A stretch of 64,000 bases of DNA from contig NC_092673.1 of assembly GCF_964355755.1 (NCBI RefSeq), positions 35,709,648-35,773,647 of the forward strand. The letters run 5' to 3'. Of the stretch, positions 1-10,728 are shown one piece after another. How positions within the stretch are numbered: the stretch's first letter is position 1; each line of letters starts with the position of its first letter. This stretch comes from Antedon mediterranea. Taxonomy: Eukaryota; Animalia; Echinodermata. Made by a program: the position numbers and the translations under genes. The notes beneath the pieces are model-generated. The model ran no database searches. It was not told the origin of the DNA and saw only the letters and a list, made by a program, of their open reading frames with translations.

Positions 1-847
1 TCACGATGTGTTATGATTGTATTAAAAAGCAGAAAGTTACTGAAAGTCAAATAAAACTAGTTGGCTTTGGTCGTCTGTTTTATCAGCATTCATTGTATAA
101 ACAAGTTAATTTTGCCAGTATAAAAGATCGCTTGGCGCCAGAAAAATCACCACCAGCTTATTTTCTTCATTCTGGTCATTTTTATATTCTCAGTTACAGC
201 AAGCAAAATTCATGCAAGTGGCATCGTATAAAACACCGATATTTCAACAGAAAAATATACATAAAAACAGGTAATAAAAGAAAAAAGTGTTACACATTCC
301 TACAGTGTTACTGGCATAAGCGGAAATATTACTGCTTTAAAAATGGACGTTACATAAAGCAACGTATAGTCCATAAATATGGTAAAACCTGCATTCATCA
401 TGTACATCGCTGTAGGCATCCGGAAAATCATCATCTATTTTCGAATTCAGAGGCGATGTTCACTTTTAGACATCGCTTTACATATAAATAACATTACGAC
501 CATAATTGTCTTGACATCTTGTGTAATGATAAGTTTTAATTTCTTTGTTGACAGTAATTATACGATATATAAGTTGAAAGATTATTATTCATGGATTGCG
601 ATTTTGCACCATTACGTGAGTTGACAAATCACAAGCGACAGTTCGGATGATCTATCGCGTCGTGATTGGTCCGAATTACTTGTGGCGTGCTTCTTACGTC
701 CGTTCCGCGTGCGGGTGGGTACCAAGAAAAAAAAAGCTTTAGTCTAGATACTCAAGAAAACACTTCTTACTTTACATCCAACAGTATTGTAATCCATCTA
801 CACAACGCACGACATCAAGAACAATACTAATAATACTAGCGACCACA

Positions 848-1729
848 GTATACGACCAGCAGTGCATGCACACAGCGTACAATCAGTACAACGTACACGC
901 AGTATACGACCAGCAGTGCAGCTGCACACAGCGTACAATCAGTACAACGTACACGCAATATACGACCAGCAGTGCATGCACACAGCGTACAATCAGTACA
1001 CGCAGTATACGACCAGCAGTGCAGCATGCACACAGCGTACAATCAGTACACGCAGTATACGACCAGCAGTGCATGCACACAGCGTACAATCAGTACAACG
1101 TACACGCAGTATACGACCAGCAGTGCAGCATGCACACAGCGTACACTCAGTAAAACGTACACGCAGTATACGACCAGCAGTGCAGCATGCACACAGCGTA
1201 CAATCAGTACAACGTACACGCAGTATACGACCAGCAGTGCATGCACACAGCGTACAATCAGTACACGCAGTATACGACCAGCAGTGCATGCACACAGCGT
1301 ACAATCAGTACAACGTACACGCAGTATACGACCAGCAGTGCATGCACACAGCGTACACTCAGTACAACGTACACGCAGTATACGACCAGCAGTGCATGCA
1401 CACAGCGTACAATCAGTACAACGTACACGCAGTATACGACCAGCAGTGCATGCACACAGCGTACACTCAGTACAACGTACACGCAGTATACGACCAGCAG
1501 TGCAGCATGCACACAGCGTACAATCAGTACAACGTACACGCAGTATACGACCAGCAGTGCAGCATGCACACAGCGTACACTCAGTACAACGTACACGCAG
1601 TATACGACCAGCAGTGCATGCACACAGCGTACACTCAGTACAACGTACACGCAGTATACGACCAGCAGTGCATGCACACAGCGTACAATCAGTACAACGT
1701 ACACGCAGTATACGACCAGCAGTGCAGCA
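848..1729. repeat. Minisatellite, 54-bp core unit with 47/50/57-bp variants; left part, interrupted by the BEL element
   Basis: Unit accagcagtgcatgcacacagcgtacaatcagtacaacgtacacgcagtatacg repeated about 16 times; variants gain gca or lose a 7-bp segment. Explains the periodic ORFs at 836-1757. Confidence 0.95.
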
Positions 1730-2220
1730 TGTTACCGTAGGCGTCCATCATAAATAAATTACAAATTTTGTAGATACTGATGTTCCTTTATTTATTCTCT
1801 GAACTATCTCTTGTATCTCTACAAATTACAGTATCATTAGCAACTTGAATAAACACCGTGAAAACTATAATAAAACAAAGATTAGCATTACAATGTAGGC
1901 CTAATCATATCATCATCGTACAGGCAGACAAGCACAGGTCTGACTCATGGGGCCGGGGAACATGGTACCCTAAGGCCTAGGGCTAGCTCTCAGCAATGAA
2001 GTAAAACTCAACTAATTAAAAATACAAGTCATAAGTTATAATTACAATCACATGAATAACCATGTGTAAATACCTTGTAGCCTTATTGGAGCCTATGGTA
2101 AAGATACTTTTAACAATGATTATCTCTAAACTTTATGTCATAAAAAATGTCTTATTCTCTCTTATCACTTTTTATCTATCTGAGCTCTAGAGGGCCTCCT
2201 GTAAGTAGGCTGCAGTTACA
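1730..2220 (-). repeat. 3' LTR of BEL element
   Basis: TG...CA termini; no differences from 8352-8842 seen by eye; polypurine tract at 2221-2229. Confidence 0.95.
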
Positions 2221-2337
2221 CTCCCACCCAAATCATCTATGATTTAACCTAAACTTCCACCCGTGCCAGAATAAACACAAGCAATGCAAAACTGGAAGTA
2301 CCTTAACAATATTTACCAAAACTATTGAAAGAATAAG

Positions 2338-5300
2338 TTAACAGTTTGTATTTTCTAAAATCAAGGTTAGTTTATGAATTGGCCTTTCCAAATATGTTGC
2401 GCGTTTCAACCGTTTTCCATCATTATCGATATTTGTGTCTGCAACAATTAACCTAACTTTTCTCACTAGTCCGTCCTCACTTGGCATTAATTCAGATATT
2501 CTGGCCAATTTCCAGTCTCCGCGTATCAAATGTTCTTCTTTTAGTAGTACTATGTCTCCTATCTCAAGGTTTCGGCGTACTTGGTTCCACTTAGCTCTCG
2601 ATTGAAGGTTGGTCAAATATTCCTTTTTCCATCTTGACCAAAATTCATTGGCCAGAAACTGAACTCGACGCCATCTTCTTAATGCATATACGTCTTCCTT
2701 GACAAAGAACCCAGGCGGTGGAAAAACGATTTTCGATTTCATTGTGAGTAGCTGGTTCGGAGTTAAGGCTTCGGGTCCATGTGGATCATTTAGATTTTCG
2801 GTTGTTAGAGGTCTACTATTGACGATAGCCATCGTTTCGTACAGGAATGTACGGAGAGACGTGCTATCTAATCTTGACTTGTATTGATTAAGAATGGAAT
2901 AGAGAACGTTACGGATTGTTCTTATTTGTCTTTCCCAAATGCCTCCCATATGACTGGCGGAAGGAACATTAGAAAAGAAGTTACAGTTTTGATCTGCTAG
3001 GAACTTTCGCACCTTATCTTCTTTAATCTCCTTAAAGGCCTTTGTGAGCTCATGTTGTGCTCCCATAAAGTTACTGCCTTGATCACAACGAAATTGACGA
3101 ACATTGCCACGTATAGCAATGAAGCATCTAAGAGCGTTGATAAAGGCGTCTGTTGTCATGTCGTCGAGCATCTCTATATGAATGGCTCTTGATGCCATAC
3201 ATGTGAATAACAATCCATACCTTTTTAATTCTCTTCTTCCCTCCTTAACCAAAAATGGTCCAAAACAGTCAAACCCAGTATATGTAAACGGAGGGGTTGG
3301 TTCCAATCTTTCATTTGGTAAGTTTGCCATTTTTTGGTCTTGATTACGCCCACGTAATTTTCTGCATTGAACACACTTGTAGATATGGCTTGATACAGCT
3401 GAACTTATTCCAACTATCCAAAATCCATTGGATCTAACTGCATTGGTCGTAAAGCCTCTTCCTTGATGGGCTGTTTTCTCATGGTAGTGTTTAATTATTA
3501 AATGTGTTACATGGCTTCTTTTTGGCAATATTGCAGGATGTTTAACACCCATATCTAGAGAGGTGGCTCGTTTCAGGCGACCACCAACTCGCAGTAATCC
3601 GTCAACATCTATGTACGGGTCTAACTTCGCAAGATTGCCTGTGCACTTGGAAGATTGCTTGTAGAGTTGGTCGATGTCTTTTTTGAAGAACTTATGTTGG
3701 ACCATTTTGATGATGGTCTTTTCAGCTTCGATTCTGTCTTCTACAGAGGTAATGGTATAATGATTTTTGGTTTTTCTTGTTTTGATGAATTTCTTAAGAG
3801 CGGCAACTCCTGTAACTGCTCTCTTATAATCGGAAAAACGTTCTACACGATTTAGCAAGCAATTTTCTTCAGTGGAATTTATCGCAAGCACGCTAGCTTG
3901 GTTTACTTCCGGATCGTTGGAAGATACGTCAAATTTTTGATTATTTTCCACTATATTTCCGCATTTCCAAAGGAGTTTTGGTCCTTGAAACCAGTTGGAT
4001 GTCTGTAAGTCCTTTGCTCCAAGACCTCTTGAAGCATGGTCGGCTGGATTCTCATTCGTAGATATGTAGTTCCATTGTTCAGGATTTGTGGTATCTCTAA
4101 TGCGTTGGACGCGATTAGCTACGTACACATGGAAACGTCTGGCTTCGTTTCTGACATAACCAAGTACTACCTTCGAGTCAGTCCAGAAGTAGTGTGCTGA
4201 ATTTTTATATTCTAGTTCTTGATATAGAATGGTACTGACTTTTGTTGACAACACCGCGGCTTGTAGCTCTAATCTTGGAATACTAACAACCTTTTTGGGT
4301 GCCACTCGGGCCTTTGCCATTATCAGCGCACAGTGAATCTCAGAGAAGTCATTTTCAAGTCTTATATACGAGCACTGCCCATAACCAGAATTACTTGCGT
4401 CGGAAAAGTGATGAAATTCGACCTTTCTTTGTTGGAAATCTTTTGGTTTGAAGCACCTATTAATCGTAATGGTGGCAAGCTTTGGAAGGTCTAATCTCCA
4501 TTTCTCCCATTTTGGACGAAGCTCCTCGGAAAGTTTTTCGTCCCAGTCTGTTCCCTCCTTGCACACTTCTTGCAGTATTTGCTTACCCTTGAGTGTAAAT
4601 GGGGCAAGAAGTCCAAGTGGGTCGAAAATTGATGCTACAGTGGATAGAATTCCTCGGCGTGTCAATGGAGTGTCTTTCATGGTGATTCTAAATTGAAAGT
4701 TATCTGACTCGACGCACCATTGTATTCCAAGGGCCCTTTCAACTGGTAAGTCTTCGAATGATAGGTCTCGATCTACGGTTCCTTTAGCCTGTTCTGATTT
4801 TGGGATGGTAGACATAACGTCTCGTTGGTTGGAAATAAATTTATGTAGTCTAAGTGAGCCCTTTGCACACAGTTTTCTGGCATCTTCTATTAATTCAACT
4901 GCTTCAGGTACAGTTTCTACGCTCTTTAGACCATCGTCTACATAAAAGTTGTTCTTAATGAAGTTAACTGTCTCTGGTTTGTGTTGTTCGGCAAAGTGTT
5001 CCGCCATGTATTTTAGTCCGAAATTAGAGCAACCTGGTGAGGAAGCGGCTCCAAACAAGTGGACCTTCATTCTGTAATCTATGGGTTGCCTTTCGAGATT
5101 TCCATCTTCCCACCACAAGAAGCGTAGATAGTTTCTGTCATTCTGGTTAACATGAAACTGGTGAAACATCCTCTCTATATCACACATTATGGCTATGGGT
5201 TCTTGTCTAAATCTGCATAGTACACCTATGAGTGTGTTGTTTAGGTCTGGTCCAGTAAGAAGATGTTGATTCAAGGCTGTACCTTTGTAGTTAGCGGAGC

Positions 5301-8300
5301 AGTCAAAGACAACACGAATTTTGGTGGGTTTCTTAGGGTGGTAAATTCCGTGATGAGGTATGTACCATGCTGGCTCTTTTTGTATTTCATTTGCTGGTAC
5401 TTTCTCGGCATCTCCATTTTGAAGTATTTCTGTCATAAATTTTTGATAATCTTCAAAGTACTTCTCATTCGTCAGGAAACGTCGTTTTAGGTGGTTCAAT
5501 CGATGCAGTACACAAATTCTGTTATTCGGTAATACTGGCCTCTTTTTAAAGGGTAATGGCATTTCGATATGTCGGTCTTCATTGATATGGACTTCCTTTT
5601 TTAGAGTATCCATAAACTGCATGTCTTCTTGAGAGAGAACTGTGTCTCTTGTAACTTTCTCCGTGAAGTCGTACTCCAAGGCTCTTATTGCATCTAATGG
5701 AGTAACTATTTCTTTAACAGCTGTTTTTAAGACATAGTGAACTTCTTTGGTTGGTTCCGATTTCAAATTAGATTCGTACGTTAAGTGTAGATCGTTTGGA
5801 ATTTCCTTCACCATTACTCTATGACTGTGACCGATTTTATCTTGAGGAACATAAGATGTCTCAGCTCCTCCTCCTACAACACTCCAACCCAATTGAGTTT
5901 TGATAGCGAATGGTTCATTTCCATTTCCTGAAATATGGTCTATGGGTGCCAGAGCCTGTGGAACGTTATACCCAATAAGCAACCCTATTTCACAGTTTTG
6001 TCTAGATGGTATCTGTTGACTTATCCTTTGTAGATGAGCATAACATCTCGTCTTTTCGGGTGTAGGAATATGTGATTGGTCAACTGGTATGTATTCTCTA
6101 GTATATGCCGTTGGTAGCTGAATTTTTGTTTCTTCAAAGAAACCTCTAATCATTAGGTTGTTATACTTCTTGCAAGATACGACTTCCCTTTTAGACGTCA
6201 TCGTAGTCAATCTTAGTGTTGCTGGTTCGCAACTTGCACCAATTTGGTTTGCAGTATCTTCTAGCACAAAGGTTGTGTCGGATTGTGTGTCTAATAGGGC
6301 ATATACAAGATGTTCCTTTTCAGGTTTATGTTCATTGGATATCCAGACGGGAACTATCATTGAAGACATTGTGTTGTTTGTGTTTCTGCGGACATTTTTG
6401 CAGTTTGAAGTCTTTACTGATTTTACCACTTCAGACTTAGCGTCACCATTCAGCCGAGTCTCGGCGTCAATCTCGTTAGCCTGATCTCTCTCCTTTACAT
6501 TTGAAGTCTTTACTGATTGTACTACTTCAGACTTAGCGTCAACATTCGGCTGTGTCGCGGCGTCAATCTCGTTAGCCGGATCTCTCTCCTTTACATGGAG
6601 ACTTGTTGGATGTCTCCTTTGGCAAATTTTACAAATACTTTTCTGGTTACAGTTCCTTGACACATGGCCATGTTGTAAGCAGCTGAAACATAGACCATTT
6701 TGCTTGATGTATTGCTGTTTTTCGGTATCGGGTTTTCTGGCAAACGCTCTGCAGTCAATTAGGTGATGGTTATTCATTTTACACATGAAGCATGATGGCA
6801 TTCCACTGATACTGGTGGCTAGCGTTTGAGATTGGTTTCGATATCTTGAACTTTTCTCTGTGAATTTTGTTTCATTTTCTGGTATTAAGGTAACAGGATC
6901 GCAAACAATTTCAGCTTCGGTCGTCAAAAATGTGGAAAAGTCATTGAATGTTGGATAACTACCCTTGATTTGCATAGCGCTCACTGCGTTTCTTCGCCAT
7001 CTATTCACTAACCAATCTGGTAATTTTTGAAGAATTTTCCGGTTTTCTCTGCTGTCATTAAGAACTTCCAAGCCTTTCATTTCTCTCATTGCTATGTTGC
7101 ATTGGTTCAGAAAGTCAGAGAGTCGCCTAAGGCCATTGTAATCTCTTGCTTGAATCCTTGGCCAGCTGTCTAATTTGTCTCTAAATGCTTCGGAAACTAT
7201 AAATGGATTTCCATATCTTTTTTCTAAAACTGCTTTAGCGTTTTCATAAGCATGTTCACCTTGTAGCAGAAAGTATCCACTGACAACTTCCTTTGCTGGG
7301 CCTCCTATGTATCTCTTAAGGTAGTGAATTCTGTCTTCCTTAGAAATTCCTTTATTTTCGATTAAACATCTAAAGGATGCGTTCCAATCATAGTACTTAA
7401 GAGGATCGCCATCAAATATTGGTGGCTCTGGTGCTGGTATGCGGTTCATACTGAAGGCTGAAGAAAAGGCTTCTGCTAAAGCGTTTAAGTCTGTGGTACT
7501 GCTAGATTGATTTTGAGGCATTGTCGATTGGGCTGTTGTTGCTTGTGTCTGTGTCATTAGAGGTTGAGGTTTGGTTAGGTTGCGAAACCTTAGTGCATGA
7601 TCATTTGAGGTTTGGTGTGGGGTGGTCATAATTTCTCCATATCCGTTCTGAATTTCCTGTTGAATTGCATCAACTCGTGCATTCTCTACAGCTGCAGCTT
7701 GTTTAGCCTCTAAAACTTTGAACTCTGCTTCAGCTTTGGCATGTTCTGTTCTTTGCTGTGCTTCCCGCCTTATTTCTTCAAGCCTTGCTTCTGCTTTCTT
7801 AATTTCCATTTCCGCTTCCTTTGCTGTAAGGTCTGCTTTCTGTTTAGCCATTTTTTCAGCAAATTGAGCAGTTTTGTTGGCTGCAGCAGCATTCGCCACA
7901 GCTTGAGCTTTAATGCTAACAATAGATCGACATGAACTCCTTGATGCTGCAGATTTTGAGGCTTGACACTCCAGGGCTAATGCATGTGCCCTATCCATAG
8001 CGCTTGTTATACTAGCTTGGATGGAGTTGGTAATGGTGAGATATATGTTCTCATTCTCCAGGTGATCTTTGCGATGAATACCATCTCTATCTTGTGCATA
8101 CAATTTATTCAATACGCACCAAGCATCACTATATTCCTTTAATGCAGCTTTAGCTTTGCATAATGCAGTTTGTATCTCAAATTCGTCGCTTGGAACATCT
8201 TCTAGTTCACTTGATGCTTCTTGAGCCTTTCTCTGAGTTTGAGTCAACAGCTTTACTTCAGTAGCAATGCTAATTGACAGGGCCTTAGCTGTAGGGCGTC

Positions 8301-8373
8301 TCTCACTCTGTTCTCTTAGATTCATTGAGTTTTCATCAGCTAAGTTTTCACTGTTACCGTAGGCGTCCATCAT
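2338..8373 (-). CDS. BEL/Pao Gag-Pol polyprotein (Gag with three Cys/His knuckles, aspartic protease, RT, RNase H, integrase)
   Basis: 2011-aa ORF: knuckles CFMC..H..C, CFSC..H..C, CKIC..H..H; protease LLDTQS; RT FYVDD; RNase H FSDAS/WTDS; integrase HHCC zinc finger plus DCFGP, DQGSNF, WERQIR. Confidence 0.96.
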   Translation of the reverse strand: MMDAYGNSENLADENSMNLREQSERRPTAKALSISIATEVKLLTQTQRKAQEASSELEDVPSDEFEIQTALCKAKAALKEYSDAWCVLNKLYAQDRDGIHRKDHLENENIYLTITNSIQASITSAMDRAHALALECQASKSAASRSSCRSIVSIKAQAVANAAAANKTAQFAEKMAKQKADLTAKEAEMEIKKAEARLEEIRREAQQRTEHAKAEAEFKVLEAKQAAAVENARVDAIQQEIQNGYGEIMTTPHQTSNDHALRFRNLTKPQPLMTQTQATTAQSTMPQNQSSSTTDLNALAEAFSSAFSMNRIPAPEPPIFDGDPLKYYDWNASFRCLIENKGISKEDRIHYLKRYIGGPAKEVVSGYFLLQGEHAYENAKAVLEKRYGNPFIVSEAFRDKLDSWPRIQARDYNGLRRLSDFLNQCNIAMREMKGLEVLNDSRENRKILQKLPDWLVNRWRRNAVSAMQIKGSYPTFNDFSTFLTTEAEIVCDPVTLIPENETKFTEKSSRYRNQSQTLATSISGMPSCFMCKMNNHHLIDCRAFARKPDTEKQQYIKQNGLCFSCLQHGHVSRNCNQKSICKICQRRHPTSLHVKERDPANEIDAATQPNVDAKSEVVQSVKTSNVKERDQANEIDAETRLNGDAKSEVVKSVKTSNCKNVRRNTNNTMSSMIVPVWISNEHKPEKEHLVYALLDTQSDTTFVLEDTANQIGASCEPATLRLTTMTSKREVVSCKKYNNLMIRGFFEETKIQLPTAYTREYIPVDQSHIPTPEKTRCYAHLQRISQQIPSRQNCEIGLLIGYNVPQALAPIDHISGNGNEPFAIKTQLGWSVVGGGAETSYVPQDKIGHSHRVMVKEIPNDLHLTYESNLKSEPTKEVHYVLKTAVKEIVTPLDAIRALEYDFTEKVTRDTVLSQEDMQFMDTLKKEVHINEDRHIEMPLPFKKRPVLPNNRICVLHRLNHLKRRFLTNEKYFEDYQKFMTEILQNGDAEKVPANEIQKEPAWYIPHHGIYHPKKPTKIRVVFDCSANYKGTALNQHLLTGPDLNNTLIGVLCRFRQEPIAIMCDIERMFHQFHVNQNDRNYLRFLWWEDGNLERQPIDYRMKVHLFGAASSPGCSNFGLKYMAEHFAEQHKPETVNFIKNNFYVDDGLKSVETVPEAVELIEDARKLCAKGSLRLHKFISNQRDVMSTIPKSEQAKGTVDRDLSFEDLPVERALGIQWCVESDNFQFRITMKDTPLTRRGILSTVASIFDPLGLLAPFTLKGKQILQEVCKEGTDWDEKLSEELRPKWEKWRLDLPKLATITINRCFKPKDFQQRKVEFHHFSDASNSGYGQCSYIRLENDFSEIHCALIMAKARVAPKKVVSIPRLELQAAVLSTKVSTILYQELEYKNSAHYFWTDSKVVLGYVRNEARRFHVYVANRVQRIRDTTNPEQWNYISTNENPADHASRGLGAKDLQTSNWFQGPKLLWKCGNIVENNQKFDVSSNDPEVNQASVLAINSTEENCLLNRVERFSDYKRAVTGVAALKKFIKTRKTKNHYTITSVEDRIEAEKTIIKMVQHKFFKKDIDQLYKQSSKCTGNLAKLDPYIDVDGLLRVGGRLKRATSLDMGVKHPAILPKRSHVTHLIIKHYHEKTAHQGRGFTTNAVRSNGFWIVGISSAVSSHIYKCVQCRKLRGRNQDQKMANLPNERLEPTPPFTYTGFDCFGPFLVKEGRRELKRYGLLFTCMASRAIHIEMLDDMTTDAFINALRCFIAIRGNVRQFRCDQGSNFMGAQHELTKAFKEIKEDKVRKFLADQNCNFFSNVPSASHMGGIWERQIRTIRNVLYSILNQYKSRLDSTSLRTFLYETMAIVNSRPLTTENLNDPHGPEALTPNQLLTMKSKIVFPPPGFFVKEDVYALRRWRRVQFLANEFWSRWKKEYLTNLQSRAKWNQVRRNLEIGDIVLLKEEHLIRGDWKLARISELMPSEDGLVRKVRLIVADTNIDNDGKRLKRATYLERPIHKLTLILENTNC

Positions 8374-8842
8374 AAATAAATTACAAATTTTGTAGATACT
8401 GATGTTCCTTTATTTATTCTCTGAACTATCTCTTGTATCTCTACAAATTACAGTATCATTAGCAACTTGAATAAACACCGTGAAAACTATAATAAAACAA
8501 AGATTAGCATTACAATGTAGGCCTAATCATATCATCATCGTACAGGCAGACAAGCACAGGTCTGACTCATGGGGCCGGGGAACATGGTACCCTAAGGCCT
8601 AGGGCTAGCTCTCAGCAATGAAGTAAAACTCAACTAATTAAAAATACAAGTCATAAGTTATAATTACAATCACATGAATAACCATGTGTAAATACCTTGT
8701 AGCCTTATTGGAGCCTATGGTAAAGATACTTTTAACAATGATTATCTCTAAACTTTATGTCATAAAAAATGTCTTATTCTCTCTTATCACTTTTTATCTA
8801 TCTGAGCTCTAGAGGGCCTCCTGTAAGTAGGCTGCAGTTACA
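8352..8842 (-). repeat. 5' LTR of BEL element
   Basis: Direct repeat of 1730-2220; has AATAAA on the minus strand near 8410-8419. Confidence 0.95.
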
Positions 8843-9071
8843 CAGCATGCACACAGCGTACACTCAGTACAACGTACACGCAGTATACGACCAGCAGTGC
8901 AGCATGCACACAGCGTACAATCAGTACAACGTACACGCAGTATACAACCAGCAGTGCAGCATGCACACAGCGTACAATCAGTACACGCAGTATACGACCA
9001 GCAGTGCATGCACACAGCGTACACTCAGTTCAACGTACAACCCAGAGTATACGACCAGCAGTGCATGCACA
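8843..9071. repeat. Right part of the 54-bp minisatellite (about 4 units)
   Basis: Same unit as 848-1729, resuming in register after the TSD. Confidence 0.93.
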
Positions 9072-9558
9072 AAGCGCGCGTATCGGTATCAAAAGTATCC
9101 GGATGTTTTTTCAGGCGCCGTGCAACACCAAACAACAAGAATTGCCACACTAAGATTAATCACGGAGGATACCTCCATGGATTAAATCATTCATCAGCAA
9201 GGCTCGAGTAAACAAATGTAAAAATGTACACACAAGCCTCATCATTTATTGTGCATTAGGCAAACCATTAATCAACAGGGATTACTGCAGTATTCAACAC
9301 CATTTCCTAAGTAATTTTTTACGAGTTACATGCACATTATCTAAAACATTATCCCACATTCATTGACTCGAGAGTGTTCTATATGGTAATTCACTAAAAT
9401 GATGGACACCTTGATTAATGTATGGGAAGAAAACCTCTTACTAGTTTAAATTTGAATTTGCATAAACATATATGATGAAGTTGTTATATTATGATATTAA
9501 ATTTGGCTGTTATATAGTGCGAATAAAAATATCCTTTCTTTACTTCTTGTACACTTAA

Positions 9559-9826
9559 AGATGTATTGTACCCCCACATGGAAAATGAAGATTGATTAAA
9601 TCAGACGTTGTAGTTTTAATAAAGTTAATCACTTCCTTAAAAAAAAAATGGTTAAATTCAACCAAAAATTCATTTGCTGGCAGACAATTTGACTATTTTT
9701 TTGCTTTAAATTACATTTTTCATGTAATAATTTTGTTTGGGTCAAGATGGATAACAATTATGTGACATTAAAATGGCATATTTAACAACAAATGTTTAAT
9801 AATTTTTAAGGGGGACCATACATCTT
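9559..9826. mobile_element. TTAA-flanked MITE (Kolobok/piggyBac-like); related copies near 27540-27696 and 49082-49395
   Basis: Termini AGATGTATTGTACCCC and GGGGGACCATACATCT with TTAA on both sides; internal sequence recurs twice in the window. Confidence 0.6.
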
Positions 9827-9877
9827 TTAAAGCATAGCTACAGCCATGACTTTCAGATATAATATTTGTGTACATAA

Positions 9878-10150
9878 AGGGTAGTTCCCACTAGCAACGC
9901 AACGTAACGCAACGATAATTGTGTTTGCCCCCACCTACGTGAAACCAAATCTGCGATGTTTGCAGCACTATTGCGTCGTCGGTTCCCACTTGTGATTACG
10001 CAATACAGCACTTTGCGTCAAAACGTCGCTGTGTTGCGTTGCGTCGCTAGAGTAGCTGATGTTGCGTCGCGACGCGTCGTTGTGTCGCTGACGTTGCGTC
10101 GCTAGTTGGAACCACGCTTCCTTCTTGCGTTGCGTCTAAGTGGGAACCAA
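9878..10150. mobile_element. MITE family A related copy (GTTCCCACTAG termini)
   Basis: gttcccactagcaacgcaacg ... cgttgcgtcgctagttggaaccacgct with an extra terminus; a decayed relative lies near 605-726. Confidence 0.65.
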
Positions 10151-10728
10151 ACATTAGCCTATCATCTGGCCTATCATTCTGCGCGTGTAAAGTATGAATA
10201 CATTATGAAGCGATTTAATAAAGCGCTTTAGGTAACATTTTAATTATTCGCATGAATACATTGTTTTCCTGTATCATTATCATAACCTTGATTCGCCTTA
10301 CTGAAAGCCTACTTGAAGTTTTTGTATTGTAATTGATTATTCAAATTTTCTATAAACTTTTAATTAAGATACCAGAGATTGAAATGACATGTTGCATAAT
10401 GACGATGTTGATTTAAAAATTGTTGTATAAATAAAGTAGGCGTATAAGTAGTAAGAGGCGAATGGCCACAATAAAACTAAAACCCGACTTGTTTTAATAA
10501 TTCTTGTTGGTCTTTTAGCGCTGTGAGACATCAGTAAACAGCGCTTTGTACATTATTATTATTATTAGGCCTACTAATTATGAGTCAATTTTAAATCAAG
10601 TTGGTTGACAGGTGGTTGTAGTGGAGATGGAAGAAGTTGAGAGGTGTGGGGGGGGGGGGGGGGGGGGGACGTTTCGGGGAGATATTATGCCCCTCATTTA
10701 TTCTAGGTTTATTATTAACTCAAACACA

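Larger units (their letters stand above)
1730..8842 (-). mobile_element. Full-length BEL/Pao LTR retrotransposon
   Basis: Two 491-bp direct repeats (1730-2220, 8352-8842) reading TGTAAC...GGTAACA on the minus strand. 5-bp TSD CAGCA at 1725-1729 and 8843-8847. Purine tract GGGTGGGAG next to the 3' LTR. One Gag-Pol ORF in BEL domain order. Confidence 0.97.

Noticed and set aside
6-624. 161-aa and 81-aa ORFs at the window start
   Set aside because: No recognisable domain; the minus-strand frames I read contain stops. Cannot be supported as coding.
836-1757. Long repetitive ORFs in several frames (also 8769-9211 and 47850-48101)
   Set aside because: By-products of stop-poor repeat units; open on both strands and broken by 7-bp indels.
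2699-7935. Short plus-strand ORFs inside the BEL element
   Set aside because: Antisense shadows of Gag-Pol with no motifs; no env-like ORF seen.
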